A stretch of 64,000 nucleotides of DNA, the filler included, from Globobulimina sp. (lineage: Eukaryota): NCBI GenBank assembly GCA_003354225.1. It is 33 parts of 33 records of this genome, joined end to end, with 100 filler letters (N's around TTAATTAATTAA, not from the genome) between each part and the next. Parts side by side here need not be neighbours in the genome. Positions count along the whole stretch, not along the records: positions 1 to 1,845 come from PIVH01011305.1; positions 1,946 to 3,789 come from PIVH01011306.1; positions 3,890 to 5,733 come from PIVH01011307.1; positions 5,834 to 7,677 come from PIVH01011308.1; positions 7,778 to 9,621 come from PIVH01011309.1; positions 9,722 to 11,565 come from PIVH01011310.1; 27 more parts are not named here. One strand, given 5' to 3'. Below are positions 1-10,478 of this stretch, in pieces (position 1 is the stretch's first letter; each line of letters begins with the position of its first letter). Position numbers and translations under genes: made by a program. Under the pieces are notes generated by a model. The model worked only from the letters and a program-made list of their open reading frames with translations. It made no database searches and was not told where the DNA came from.

Positions 1-1140
1 CTTCTTAAGCTGAACAAATGAACAATAAAAATTTGACGCAGAAACCGGATACTCTTTGTTTTCTATGAGGAGAATTACCAAAGTGAGCTAGTTAGGCATC
101 CAAAAGATTTCCTCAAAGTGAGCAACCTCATCAAATTCAGCCATCGATCCAAACAATGAACTCAACAAAAAAGAGATTGCTGTATAAAAAAAACATTAAT
201 GTTATTTGCTGGGAAAACATTTTGACGAAAATGAAAACACATTCTTTAGTAATAAGTATAAAATGCAAACTTTTATTTTAATTAAGAGTTACACAATTTA
301 AATATTTATAGCCACTGCACTTTTATAAAAAAACAAAACAAAAAAACAGATCGTAAACAAGGCAAAAAAAACAGAGAGGCAACGAACATTTATTGTTCGT
401 TGAGAGGATGTCATTTATACAAAAAAAAATTAAAAAATACAAAAATTATGGGAATCGAAAAAGAATAGAATATCAATTTTTTAATGTCGTACTTTGATTT
501 TTATAATAATTAAAACATTAAAAAAATGATAATAATAATAGCTTAAAAACAAAAAACGCCCAATTATAATTTGCAATATTCTTATATGAAACAAAATGGA
601 TTGTGGCATATTTAATTTTTTAAGAATTTATGTTGCTTTGTTGTAACACAAACATTAAATACTATTCGCAATCTTCAATTGTTGTCATATTTATTTCAAA
701 AATAAATGGGTTAAGGATAAGGATAATGCAGTGACTGAATACAAAACAAGAAAAACAAAAAAAACAAAAAAAGTCATTTCTTGGTGTTTTGAAAGAAGAA
801 AAAGTGCAGTCGTTTTTAGATAATTATAGGAATGTTTGGTGGTAATAATCGTTTGGTGGATACATAACACTGTTACAATCATCGTGCGATGGCGATGGAA
901 ATAATGCAGTAAACTCAGTCTGGGGTGCTTCGAAAAATGTATTTGTCTCAATCTGTTGCGTCTGTGTATTCATTTTAAAACTTATAGCAAAGCCAAAAGA
1001 AACTCAATTTAAAACAATATACGGTACAATTTTAAGAGTCACACAAAACAAGATTTAATTTCACGGAGAATCTGAAATAATTTTGTGCAATAAATCAGAA
1101 GTAATACCTACCAATTTAGTGATTTGTTGATGTTGCTGTG

Positions 1141-1845
1141 TCATATAACTCTGTAATTCGCATACTTGCGATTCCTATTTATTACCATTTGACAACAAAT
1201 CGGATCGACAAACAACAGCATACAAAACTTAACTAATAATTGTTTTTCTTTCCCTAAGATGCGATTTGATTCAACTAAATGCATATTTACAGATTCTAAT
1301 TCATTATTTCGTAGCGCCAAGACATTATATTCATGTTTAATTCGACTCATTTCATCGTCAACATTCATATCAAACTGATTCTGCATGTTATTATTGGTAA
1401 AAACCACACTTTGATCCGTAAAATTATTCTGATACATATTGTTGACATTTTGCTGTGCAAAATGTGCACAATGTGCGAAGTTATTATTTACATTCAGCGC
1501 ATCCGCAAATTCTTGTTCATCATTACTTTGATATGAAGTGTACGTAGAGACCGACGATGCGATATCAGTCAATAACGGCACAGCAGGCCTACTATTAATT
1601 GCATCGAAATTAATAACTTGTGAGCCAATCTGTAATATGCCGGATGGATTAGGACCGCTTGAATAGACTCTAATAGTCGAATTTTGAAGACATTCTAATG
1701 GGAAACTTGGATGTTTACGTAATACCAATACGGTAGCAATGTCATTGGAAGAGGGAGGACGATAAAAACCAACCCCTCCGGCAATATGCTTCCAGCCATC
1801 AATGGTATATTGCTCATTGTCGCCATTCGAAGCACATGATTGTAA
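1141..1845 (-). CDS. Hypothetical protein with Asn/Gln-rich linker and C-terminal leucine zipper (5' truncated)
   Basis: The frame is open to the contig edge. LALRNNELESVNMHLVESNRILGKEKQLL has five Leu at exact heptad spacing, with no basic region. Confidence 0.55.
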   Translation of the reverse strand, partial: LQSCASNGDNEQYTIDGWKHIAGGVGFYRPPSSNDIATVLVLRKHPSFPLECLQNSTIRVYSSGPNPSGILQIGSQVINFDAINSRPAVPLLTDIASSVSTYTSYQSNDEQEFADALNVNNNFAHCAHFAQQNVNNMYQNNFTDQSVVFTNNNMQNQFDMNVDDEMSRIKHEYNVLALRNNELESVNMHLVESNRILGKEKQLLVKFCMLLFVDPICCQMVINRNRKYANYRVI

Positions 1846-1945
1846 NNNNNNNNNNNNNNNNNNNNNNNNNNNNNNNNNNNNNNNNNNNNTTAATTAATTA
1901 ANNNNNNNNNNNNNNNNNNNNNNNNNNNNNNNNNNNNNNNNNNNN
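1846..1945. other. Artificial contig linker N44-TTAATTAATTAA-N44 (first of 32, recurring about every 1.94 kb)
   Basis: The identical 100-bp block has stops in all frames. The flanking segments are all about 1841-1845 bp, consistent with length-sorted contigs. Confidence 0.98.
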
Positions 1946-3483
1946 TTATAAATATCATAATACTCATTTCTTAATAATTCATCGCCAACATATTGTCCAA
2001 TTATAACACCTTTATTAATATTAACTTTTGCAAAAGTTTCTTTTTGACCAATCAATAAAGGCAAATGTTTACATTCTTCAATTTTCCGCGTCGATAATAT
2101 CTTTTCCATTGATAAAAATTTATTTTTTTTATATTCAATGTTGGGATTTGCATTTCCGATATGATTGCGTTCAACGAATTTGTTGATTAATTTTAAAGTG
2201 TCCTCTGTTTGTATATATTTACAATTATCATATGGATTATTCTCAACACAATATTTTCCAGGTTGTAACTTTGAATATTTTGCTTGTTGTTGAATTTTTT
2301 TATGATATGTTTGAACTGACAAAGATCTGATTGTCAGTTGTTTGAATGAGAAAGTTTTTGTCCATTTAATATTATGGAGACGAGCTGGTTGTAAATGTTG
2401 GGCACGACGCCTTAATGCGGACGCTGCAAAGCGAAGTTTGTTATTTTCTTTTGTCAATGAATTATTTTGTTTTCTCAGTTCATAATTATTATCATTCTGT
2501 CGTTGATTAAATAAACTGAATAATGTTTTTATATTTTTTTTTAATTTCTTATTATCATTTTTTAAATGTGATATATCTTTTGTTAATGATACAATTTTTG
2601 CATTCAAAATATCTGTTTTTTGATTAATTTGAGTAATGTCCCTCTCTTCTTCTATGATACGAATGGTTGCTACCAATGTTAATGATGTATACGTATTCAT
2701 TTCTGTTGATTTCATAAATTTGTCAGTGCCGTAATATGATTCGTTATAACTAAGCTTAAGATCTGCAGTATCATTCCATTCGTCATTTGTTTGTATACAT
2801 TTTATTTTATACTTTACTTTGATTTGTTTTATGGTTGTTGGTAATCCACATAATTGAAGGAATACACTCAAATATCCTTCACAATCTTCATTCTCTCCAT
2901 TAGGATAACATGAAATCAACCATTGATTATCAAATATGTCGCTTTCAAACGGTTTTTCAATATGAGCACATTTCCACTGTGTTAATAATTTATTATTGAT
3001 ATTCCAGGAAAATGTATGCTTTTTTTTATACTTTATATTATTATTTAATATGTTATTGAAATAGAATGATGATATCGATTGTTTATATTTTACTGATAAT
3101 ATATTAATGCGTGCGCCAATGGTCAAAGATTTCATATTTTTGTTTAATTCTGACAGTAATAATGCTTTATCATGCAATCCGTGGCTATTTCCATTTTTAG
3201 TGTATGTGACAATGGCTGTATCTCTCATCATTGTTTCTTTACAAAATTGTGATACACATAATATAATCGATTCTATTCCCTCTGGCCATGGTTCCAATGT
3301 TACAAAGAATATGAATGCGTTCTTTGCCCCATCACCCTTACTTGGATACACACCCAGTGGAAATTGGGAATTCGATATTTTAAATGTATCCCTTTCCCAT
3401 ATATCACCATTTTTAGCATTTAACATTTTGGTTAATACTTTGGACTTGATTTCCCATTCAAATAACCCAGTTAAACCTGACAT
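1946..3483 (-). CDS. Tandem MATH-domain protein with coiled coil, running into a SET-like N-terminal segment (3' truncated)
   Basis: Two MATH-like repeats: FEWEIK...FPLGVYP and FSWNIN...WLISCYPNG..EGYLSVFLQL. The C-terminal FAKVNINKGVIIGQYVGDEL resembles the start of a SET domain. Confidence 0.7.
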
Positions 3484-3565
3484 GATCACTTTTTTTTGTG
3501 GTTGGCTGATGATTTCGCTCACAGAGTTTTTATTGTAGTGAAATCTAAGTGAATCGACAGTGACC

Positions 3566-3789
3566 ATGGCATATGAAGAAAAGGACGTTGATACGGTTAA
3601 ACAAATGGAAATCACTGAAGGACGTGGTAAAATGTATAATTTTCATTTTATTGGAACAGTAGAATCCTACGAAGACATATTAGGATTAGATACGACAGAA
3701 TTTCGGGAGAAAATATTAGATTTATTCGATATTCCATATGACAAAGATTTGAAAGAATTGATAATTGAGAAAGACGATGAAGGTCAAGA
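3566..3789 (+). CDS. Hypothetical acidic protein, N-terminal fragment
   Basis: The frame is open from an ATG to the contig edge, divergent from the MATH gene. Confidence 0.4.
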
Positions 3790-4209
3790 NNNNNNNNNNN
3801 NNNNNNNNNNNNNNNNNNNNNNNNNNNNNNNNNTTAATTAATTAANNNNNNNNNNNNNNNNNNNNNNNNNNNNNNNNNNNNNNNNNNNNAAGTCCGATGG
3901 TATTGGCTTGACGATGATGTTGGATTTGTTGGCGGAGAGAGGTTATCGGGTTATTTTGGACGTGATCAAGAAAGACAAGCCAATTAATATGAATCTGGCA
4001 AATGGCGACATATCATATCATGAAAGCAAAATATATAAATTCCATATCAATTTCCCTCCGCCCAAAATGAGACATGCACAGCACACCTACGAAACTGATG
4101 TGGCTATTATCCATTGACATATATTAATATATTATCGTATTTAAGCTACTTCACATGCAAATTATCTTATAATTAATGTTTTTTAACTCAACTCAACTAC
4201 TGAACTAGT

Positions 4210-5660
4210 TTGCATGTCCGCTTGCCGCTCCTCATGCAACGCTTAACACACCTCGTCAACCAGAAGAGAGGCAAAGCAAAAGACAACGCCAACGCCAATA
4301 ATGTCTCGCAGTCGTTTCTCTGGTCATGGGGCAACTTATCCTCTTACATCCCAGCCAGACACAAGCAGCGAACGCCTCTGTTGACCGAGTCCCTCGACAC
4401 CCAACGCATCGCCTCCATTACCTGCGACTCGCGGCACATCATCGTGGTGACCCGCGACGGCATCATATTCCTGTGGGAATTGGGCAAATCCTTAAAAAAA
4501 ATCTCCAAAAAAAGGCGCTATTCAAACTATCAAAGTCGGCCCGAATCCCTGCACAAATTGGTCAATATGATGCGCAATCAACTGCCCATTGTGTCCAATT
4601 TCGAAATCACGCAAAATGCGCATAAAAACGCCACGGCAATCTCCAACGACATCTCCTTCTCTTTGAACAAGCGCATCTTTTACGGCTCCGACGCCGTGAA
4701 ATGGTTAATCGACCACGAAGCCGTCGACGACGAGACAGAGTCCGTCCGATTCTGCCAAGCCTTGCTCAACGACGGCCGCATGGAATGTGCCAATGCCAAT
4801 ATGGATCAAACCAAAAAAAACGAAACGACCAAGTTTGAGAACAATAAATCTGGCTTGTACTACTTCAGCGACTCTAAAAAGAAAACTTGCACGGATTACA
4901 TGCAAAAATTCCACGCCGTGCCAGCCGACCCAACGTTGAAATTTTCGATAGTGGCTTCCAACCAACATTACGTATACACCATTACGCAAAACGGGCAGTT
5001 ATTTGAATGGGATTTGAAGCAACGGTCCATTTACTTAAAGAACAACTTTATTAAACTCAACAAAGCCGAAACAAAGGCACAGTGTCCAGTGGAAGTGGAA
5101 GAGGAAGAGTATGAATATGAGGAACAATCCGAATCGGACTCAGATCCGTTGGATTCGTCGAAAGGCTCCAAAGAGATCACCATAATCCGCAAAAAAGCAG
5201 CCATGTCGCTAAACGGACAGAGTGTGGACTCCTTTCCTACGGACTCCACAGACTCTGATCTCAAACACAATGCCCATATAAACCGCGATCGCGACCATGA
5301 GTTTGAGTGCGAATTGAAGCACAAATTAAGCCGCGAACAGGCCAATTATGCCAAATACAAAAACGAACAGCAACGACAGGTAAGAATTGTGCCACTTTGT
5401 TGACGCAGAAAAGCAATGCAAAAACGCGTCTAATTCGCAGGCAAAATCGAAGAAAAAAAAGGTGCAACAGACGGTGAAGCAAATTGCGTCGAAATGGATC
5501 GAACCGCACGAGTTTTTTATTGGCGATCAGGAGAACTCGAAAGAGGACGACCAAGAATCTGCGCATAGCCACAGTTTGCCGGAGATGTTGTTGTTGGAGA
5601 AATTGTCGTGTCGGCCGACATTGATCCATTCACTGCCAATCAGCAGCAAATGCAGTATGC
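4210..5660 (+). CDS. RCC1-like repeat protein with an inserted DEP domain (partial; frame change near 5390)
   Basis: RCC1-like blades IASITCDSRHIIVVTRDGIIFLW and SIVASNQHYVYTITQNGQLFEW flank a DEP signature FYGSDAVKWL...FCQALLNDGRM...FENNKSGLYYF. Confidence 0.65.
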
Positions 5661-5665
5661 GGTAC

Positions 5666-5733
5666 GTGGGTGTGGAGGGTGTGTGGGTGTGGAGGTGTGG
5701 AGGTGTGGAGGTGTGGAGGTGTGGAGGTGTGGA
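5666..5733 (+). repeat. (GGAGGTGT)n microsatellite at contig end
   Basis: An 8-bp unit is directly repeated up to the gap. Confidence 0.9.
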
Positions 5734-5892
5734 NNNNNNNNNNNNNNNNNNNNNNNNNNNNNNNNNNNNNNNNNNNNTTAATTAATTAANNNNNNNNNNN
5801 NNNNNNNNNNNNNNNNNNNNNNNNNNNNNNNNNGGGTACTGCGAGCGTTGGCCAATCAATGCCGCGTTTCAATTTTGATGCAGCGTTTACCG

Positions 5893-6778
5893 TAACGGGG
5901 TCTCGGAGCGAAATGTAAATCGGTATGAAATTCTCAGTAAAAGGAGGTAAACTGACGACGGGCAAGGGTGGTCAATTAATTATTTCGGTCAATTTCGGCC
6001 AATATACGAGGGATTGATTTCAAATTTGTTTTGGGGGTACCTGACTGATAGACTAACAAAATGTACATCTCGGATTTTTTATTTTGATTGCCGATTCGGT
6101 GATTCGCGGGGTCACGGACTTAAATGTAAATCGTTATAAAACCTTTTCGATTGGTCGGATTGAGCCGAAATTTGTTTTGGGGGTACTGGTGACATATGCG
6201 AACACAACCAATTGTCGATTTTGGTCCGACGGTTCTCGATTCGGTGATTCGCGGGGTCACGGACTTAAATGTAAATCGTTATAAAACCTTTTCTATTGGT
6301 CGGATAGAGCCGAAATTTGTTTTGGGGGTACTGGTGACATATGCGAACACAACCCACTTTTCGATTTTGGTCCGACGGTTCTCGATTCGGTGATTCGCGG
6401 GGTCACGGACTTAAATTTAAATCGTTATAAAACCTTTTCTATTGGTCGGATTGAGCTGAAATTTGTTTTGTGGGTACTGGCGACATATGCGAACACAACC
6501 CACTTTTCGATTTTGGTCCGACGGTTCTCGAATCGACGATTCGCGGGGTCCGAAAGTAAAACTGGAATCGCAATAACACCTTTAATAATGATCGGATTGA
6601 GCTGAAATTTGTTTCGGGGGTACTGGGCACATATGCGAACCCAACGCACATCTGTTTTTTGGTCCGACGATTCCCGAATCGGCGCTTCGCCGGGTCCCAA
6701 AGTTAAATGGAAAAGGTTATAAAACCTTTTCTAATGGTCGGATTGGGCTGAAATTTGTTTATGGGGTATTAGGGATAT
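5893..6778 (+). repeat. 146-bp tandem satellite, about 5 copies plus a degenerate 5' copy
   Basis: The anchor GATTCGGTGATTCGCGGGGTC and its variants fall at 6093, 6238, 6384, 6530 and 6676. Confidence 0.92.
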
Positions 6779-7339
6779 ATATTGTATTGTAAATAAGACT
6801 GAACATTTCATTTAATAGTGCACCGAAGAATAATCTTTTATTGCTTATTTTTCATAATACATATTTTATTGCAAATATATTTGTATTAATTAATAATCAC
6901 TAATTATTGCTGCCTGTGATGTTTGTTATTCCCTGCATCTGCTTTTGTTTAATAGAAACCGGCACGAGCGTCCTGCATTAAGATTTATCACTTTGTTCCG
7001 TCCGACACAGATGAAAAAAACTGACATTTTCCGACTATTTATATTTTGATTTGAGACGACCTCGGAGAGATTGGCGTTAAAACCATGGTAATGAAGAATA
7101 ATCAATACGTATCTTTCACCAGTGGTGCAATGCAAACCAGTTGAACGAATAAATGACATTTTGGGATATTTAAGGATTGGGCACTGCCGAATGCCGATGG
7201 CCAAACCCGATCGTTTCTTGTGTGAAAGACACACTATTCATTACTGACACAATTGATTCTGGACTAAATTTTTTTATAACATCTTTTATTTTTAACAAAT
7301 ACATCAATGAACAGAACAATGCTTTTTTAATAAGTTGGT

Positions 7340-7355
7340 GGCCCTGAAGAGGGCC
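7340..7355 (-). promoter_or_regulatory. Replication-dependent histone mRNA 3' stem-loop
   Basis: The minus strand reads CCCAAACGGCCCT-CTTC-AGGGCCACCA, 47 nt after the H4 stop. Confidence 0.9.
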
Positions 7356-7402
7356 GTTTGGGTTAGTTTATTGATGAAGATGATGATTTAGGCTATGATG
7401 AT

Positions 7403-7519
<117 letters not shown>

Positions 7520-7632
7520 TCATAATAAAATCACATAAAATAAAAATTTATTCAAGCAAGGTAGACAGAACAAAACAAAACAGTAGGATTTAGTGTCTCC
7601 TATAAGACATAGTGCCTTTTCAGTAAATTTAT

Positions 7633-7648
7633 GGCCCTGAAGAGGGCC
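7633..7648 (-). promoter_or_regulatory. Second histone 3' stem-loop
   Basis: 7632-7665 is identical to 7339-7372 (34 bp). Confidence 0.85.
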
Positions 7649-8087
7649 GTTTGGGTTAGTTTATTCTTTGTTAATGANNNNNNNNNNNNNNNNNNNNNNN
7701 NNNNNNNNNNNNNNNNNNNNNTTAATTAATTAANNNNNNNNNNNNNNNNNNNNNNNNNNNNNNNNNNNNNNNNNNNNACTTCATATATCTATACCCTCTT
7801 CTACCATATTTCTCGTGCAAAAGTTACCATACCCACTGGATCGAGTTATTCTTTTTCAAAGATGATCACACAAGAAACGATGTTCCCAAAAGTGGGCATC
7901 ATGTGGCAGTTCACACTGACAATCATGTCACTTCCAACTGTTTCTCCATCACTATCCCCATCAACAAAATAAGCTCGAAACGGCAAAGGTTAACACTCAG
8001 TGTTTTTGCAAAGAAAGTTTTGATATAAATAATAAATATTGATAAAAATATAAATATTTAATAATAGATATACAAAAAGATAACAAA

Positions 8088-9506
8088 TTATGGAAGTTTT
8101 AAAACATGAATACTTTGATCTTTTAGTCCACAAACCCACGGCTGGTCACCTCCACGTTTTGCAGAATCACTCACCATCACAAACTCATATGTACTAAGAA
8201 AAGTAACTCCCTCTATGTTGCAAAATATTACTTCACAATCTCCGCCATACGGCAACGGATACATTTCATCATCATAATCATTGTCAAAAATAGGAGTCAC
8301 CAAACCATCACTCACTGTCCATACCATTTGGCCAACCCACAAAGCTGAACTTTCTTGACTTACAATAACAACATCATATTGATTCTCTACACCTGAACTA
8401 TTGTCAATCATAAATTGAAAATCCGAATAATCCACAAACTCAATAAATGACGGCAACGCAAATATATTTATTACATTATACACACAGTCGATACCTTCAT
8501 CCATTAAATATTCATACTGCGATGTGTTTGTATCAATATTAACAGATTGGAATTCAATTAAAATGAGTCTACCATGTCCTGCATCCTTCCCTTCATCAGA
8601 ATAGGAACAATAATTACCTTCACAAAGTGCCACAAAATACTTTTCACCGTCAATGGTGATCACATCCAATCCCTCCAAACCTTTGTTGACTGTCGGTGTG
8701 GTCATATTAACCACACAAATTGCAGTTTGTTGATACGTCGAACCGTCGCCAGCATAAACCACAGATCGTATGATGGGATGATACATTTCTTCATCGTCTC
8801 CGGCATTGTTTTTCGTATCAAACCCAACCGACTCTGTTAATAAATACAACATAGTCGTTTCTGGATCATATGCAATGCCTTCATAGCCATCATCATCTCC
8901 ATTGATTTTGATGTCTGTGGAAGGTGGCACTAAGATATTATCATCGTTTCTGGTCAAATCTGAGCTTAATTTGCCGATTGAATGCAAATTATCAAAAACT
9001 ACCCAGTATACATCGCGTAAGTAATCGTACGTAACACCGGATGCTTCGTACTTTTTTTTATTGTCTCCATTTTTAATTATCCCTCCAATAAATTCACTAT
9101 ATTCTTCTTTTAAAACGGACTTAAAATAATCGTCGTGTTGGCAGAATTGAGTTGGAGAGATTGTGGGAAGTGTTGTTGGTGTCGAGCTTGTTGGGAATGA
9201 GGTGGGTGCCGTCGACGTGGGAGCTGTGGTTGGAGTGGAGGTAGTTATCGGCATTGTGGTGGATATCATGATAGATCCAACGTTTTCAGATGATTCGTGA
9301 CCAGCTTGTAACTCATTTATTTGCGATGTTAATACAACATTCCAGACAATTAATGCTGTGAACATAACTAACCCGACGACTGCTGCAGCACATCCATATT
9401 TTAAGCTACTTTTGTGTTTAGTATTGGTACTGATGGTTGTGTTATGATGCCCAGCGTCTTCGGTTGCTGTGACATGTTCGTAAGAGGCGATCTGTATTGT
9501 TGACAT
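8088..9506 (-). CDS. Type II membrane protein: TM helix, Thr/Pro stalk and acidic beta-propeller (SdiA-regulated/phytase-like)
   Basis: Complete intronless 472-aa ORF with repeated blade motifs EASGV, YEGIA, LEGL, DYSD and IEGV. Confidence 0.7.
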   Translation of the reverse strand: MSTIQIASYEHVTATEDAGHHNTTISTNTKHKSSLKYGCAAAVVGLVMFTALIVWNVVLTSQINELQAGHESSENVGSIMISTTMPITTSTPTTAPTSTAPTSFPTSSTPTTLPTISPTQFCQHDDYFKSVLKEEYSEFIGGIIKNGDNKKKYEASGVTYDYLRDVYWVVFDNLHSIGKLSSDLTRNDDNILVPPSTDIKINGDDDGYEGIAYDPETTMLYLLTESVGFDTKNNAGDDEEMYHPIIRSVVYAGDGSTYQQTAICVVNMTTPTVNKGLEGLDVITIDGEKYFVALCEGNYCSYSDEGKDAGHGRLILIEFQSVNIDTNTSQYEYLMDEGIDCVYNVINIFALPSFIEFVDYSDFQFMIDNSSGVENQYDVVIVSQESSALWVGQMVWTVSDGLVTPIFDNDYDDEMYPLPYGGDCEVIFCNIEGVTFLSTYEFVMVSDSAKRGGDQPWVCGLKDQSIHVLKLP

Positions 9507-9721
9507 TATCAGCGAAATATATGTGATAACAACTTGTCAAAAACATTATCTTCGCTCATCCGTTGCCCAAATATAAATATGTCTTCCCAACAAAACTCAA
9601 ACAAGAAAGAAGAAGAGTGTGNNNNNNNNNNNNNNNNNNNNNNNNNNNNNNNNNNNNNNNNNNNNTTAATTAATTAANNNNNNNNNNNNNNNNNNNNNNN
9701 NNNNNNNNNNNNNNNNNNNNN

Positions 9722-10299
9722 CACGCATCTTCAGGGAAACAGGTATTCTCTGCAATCAAAACATCATCTAAGTCATCTGCTGCATTTTGACGAGCGATTA
9801 ATGGTTCACCATCGGCGAGTTTCTGCATATTAACTAAACCGAAGGCAACACCGTTCGATTCAGTGTCGTACGCATAGACAGATAGCGTGGCACGGGCATA
9901 GCAACCTGCATAAATTTCGCTTGGGTCAATAATGTCTTCACGATTTTTATCAACAATACCAGGTTTATGTTTGTGAGCTTGAGCTGATGCTGTGATAAAG
10001 ATTTTACCTTCAAAACCATTGTATTCGTCGCGTTCCAAATCACCGTCGCGGAATGGCCATTTGAAGTTTGGATTTTTACGTAGTTTTTCAAATTTTTCTT
10101 TACCCCATAAAGCATGACATTGTTTAGTTGCTGCTTTTTTAAGTTTAGATAAATCTACATTTTTTTCAAACAACATGCAGACATTGTAGCGCTTTGCGTC
10201 ACCTTCTTTCTTGCCGTCTTGTGGAACGAACACATTAGGAAACGCCACTTGGAATTTAGGAGACATTATTTTAACGAATTCTTGTTTTGATTTAGCCAT
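9722..10299 (-). CDS. Phage single-stranded DNA-binding protein, DUF2815 family (last residues truncated)
   Basis: Motifs FRDGD, IYAGCYARA, NGVAFGLVNMQKLADGEPL and an acidic tail. AAGGT ribosome-binding site upstream. Confidence 0.9.
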
Positions 10300-10323
10300 T
10301 TTAATTATTACCTTATAAACTAA

Positions 10324-10432
10324 TTAACATTGAATGTTGAACGTTTAACGTTTAACGTTGAACAGGAACCGTAGGATATTAGACCTACGCGACTGACTCA
10401 ATATAGATGCTTGAGTCAGTAAGAACATTATA
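10324..10432 (-). promoter_or_regulatory. SSB leader: TATAAT box, two hairpins and six 7-nt repeats
   Basis: TATAAT at 10432-10427; 10-bp stem at 10392-10420; 6-bp stem at 10370-10389; T(T/G)AACGT-like unit six times at 10324-10365. Confidence 0.6.
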
Positions 10433-10478
10433 TAACGCAGTACTTCATAAATACATAAATTTATTCATTTATTTTCAA

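Noticed and set aside
691-951. 86-aa hydrophobic ORF
   Set aside because: It is low-complexity AT-rich sequence with a non-ATG start and no recognisable motif.
1890-1901. TTAATTAATTAA palindrome recurring with about 1.94-kb period
   Set aside because: It is an artificial stop linker embedded in N runs. ORFs containing X or ending in LIN are linker artefacts.
5666-5733. Telomeric repeat at a contig end
   Set aside because: It follows a probable intron donor (GTACGT at about 5662) inside a gene, and no other contig end shows it, so a microsatellite is more likely.
6093-6778. Possible CRISPR array
   Set aside because: Whole 146-bp units repeat with no unique spacers, so this is a satellite. 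Its short ORFs are by-products of the repeat.
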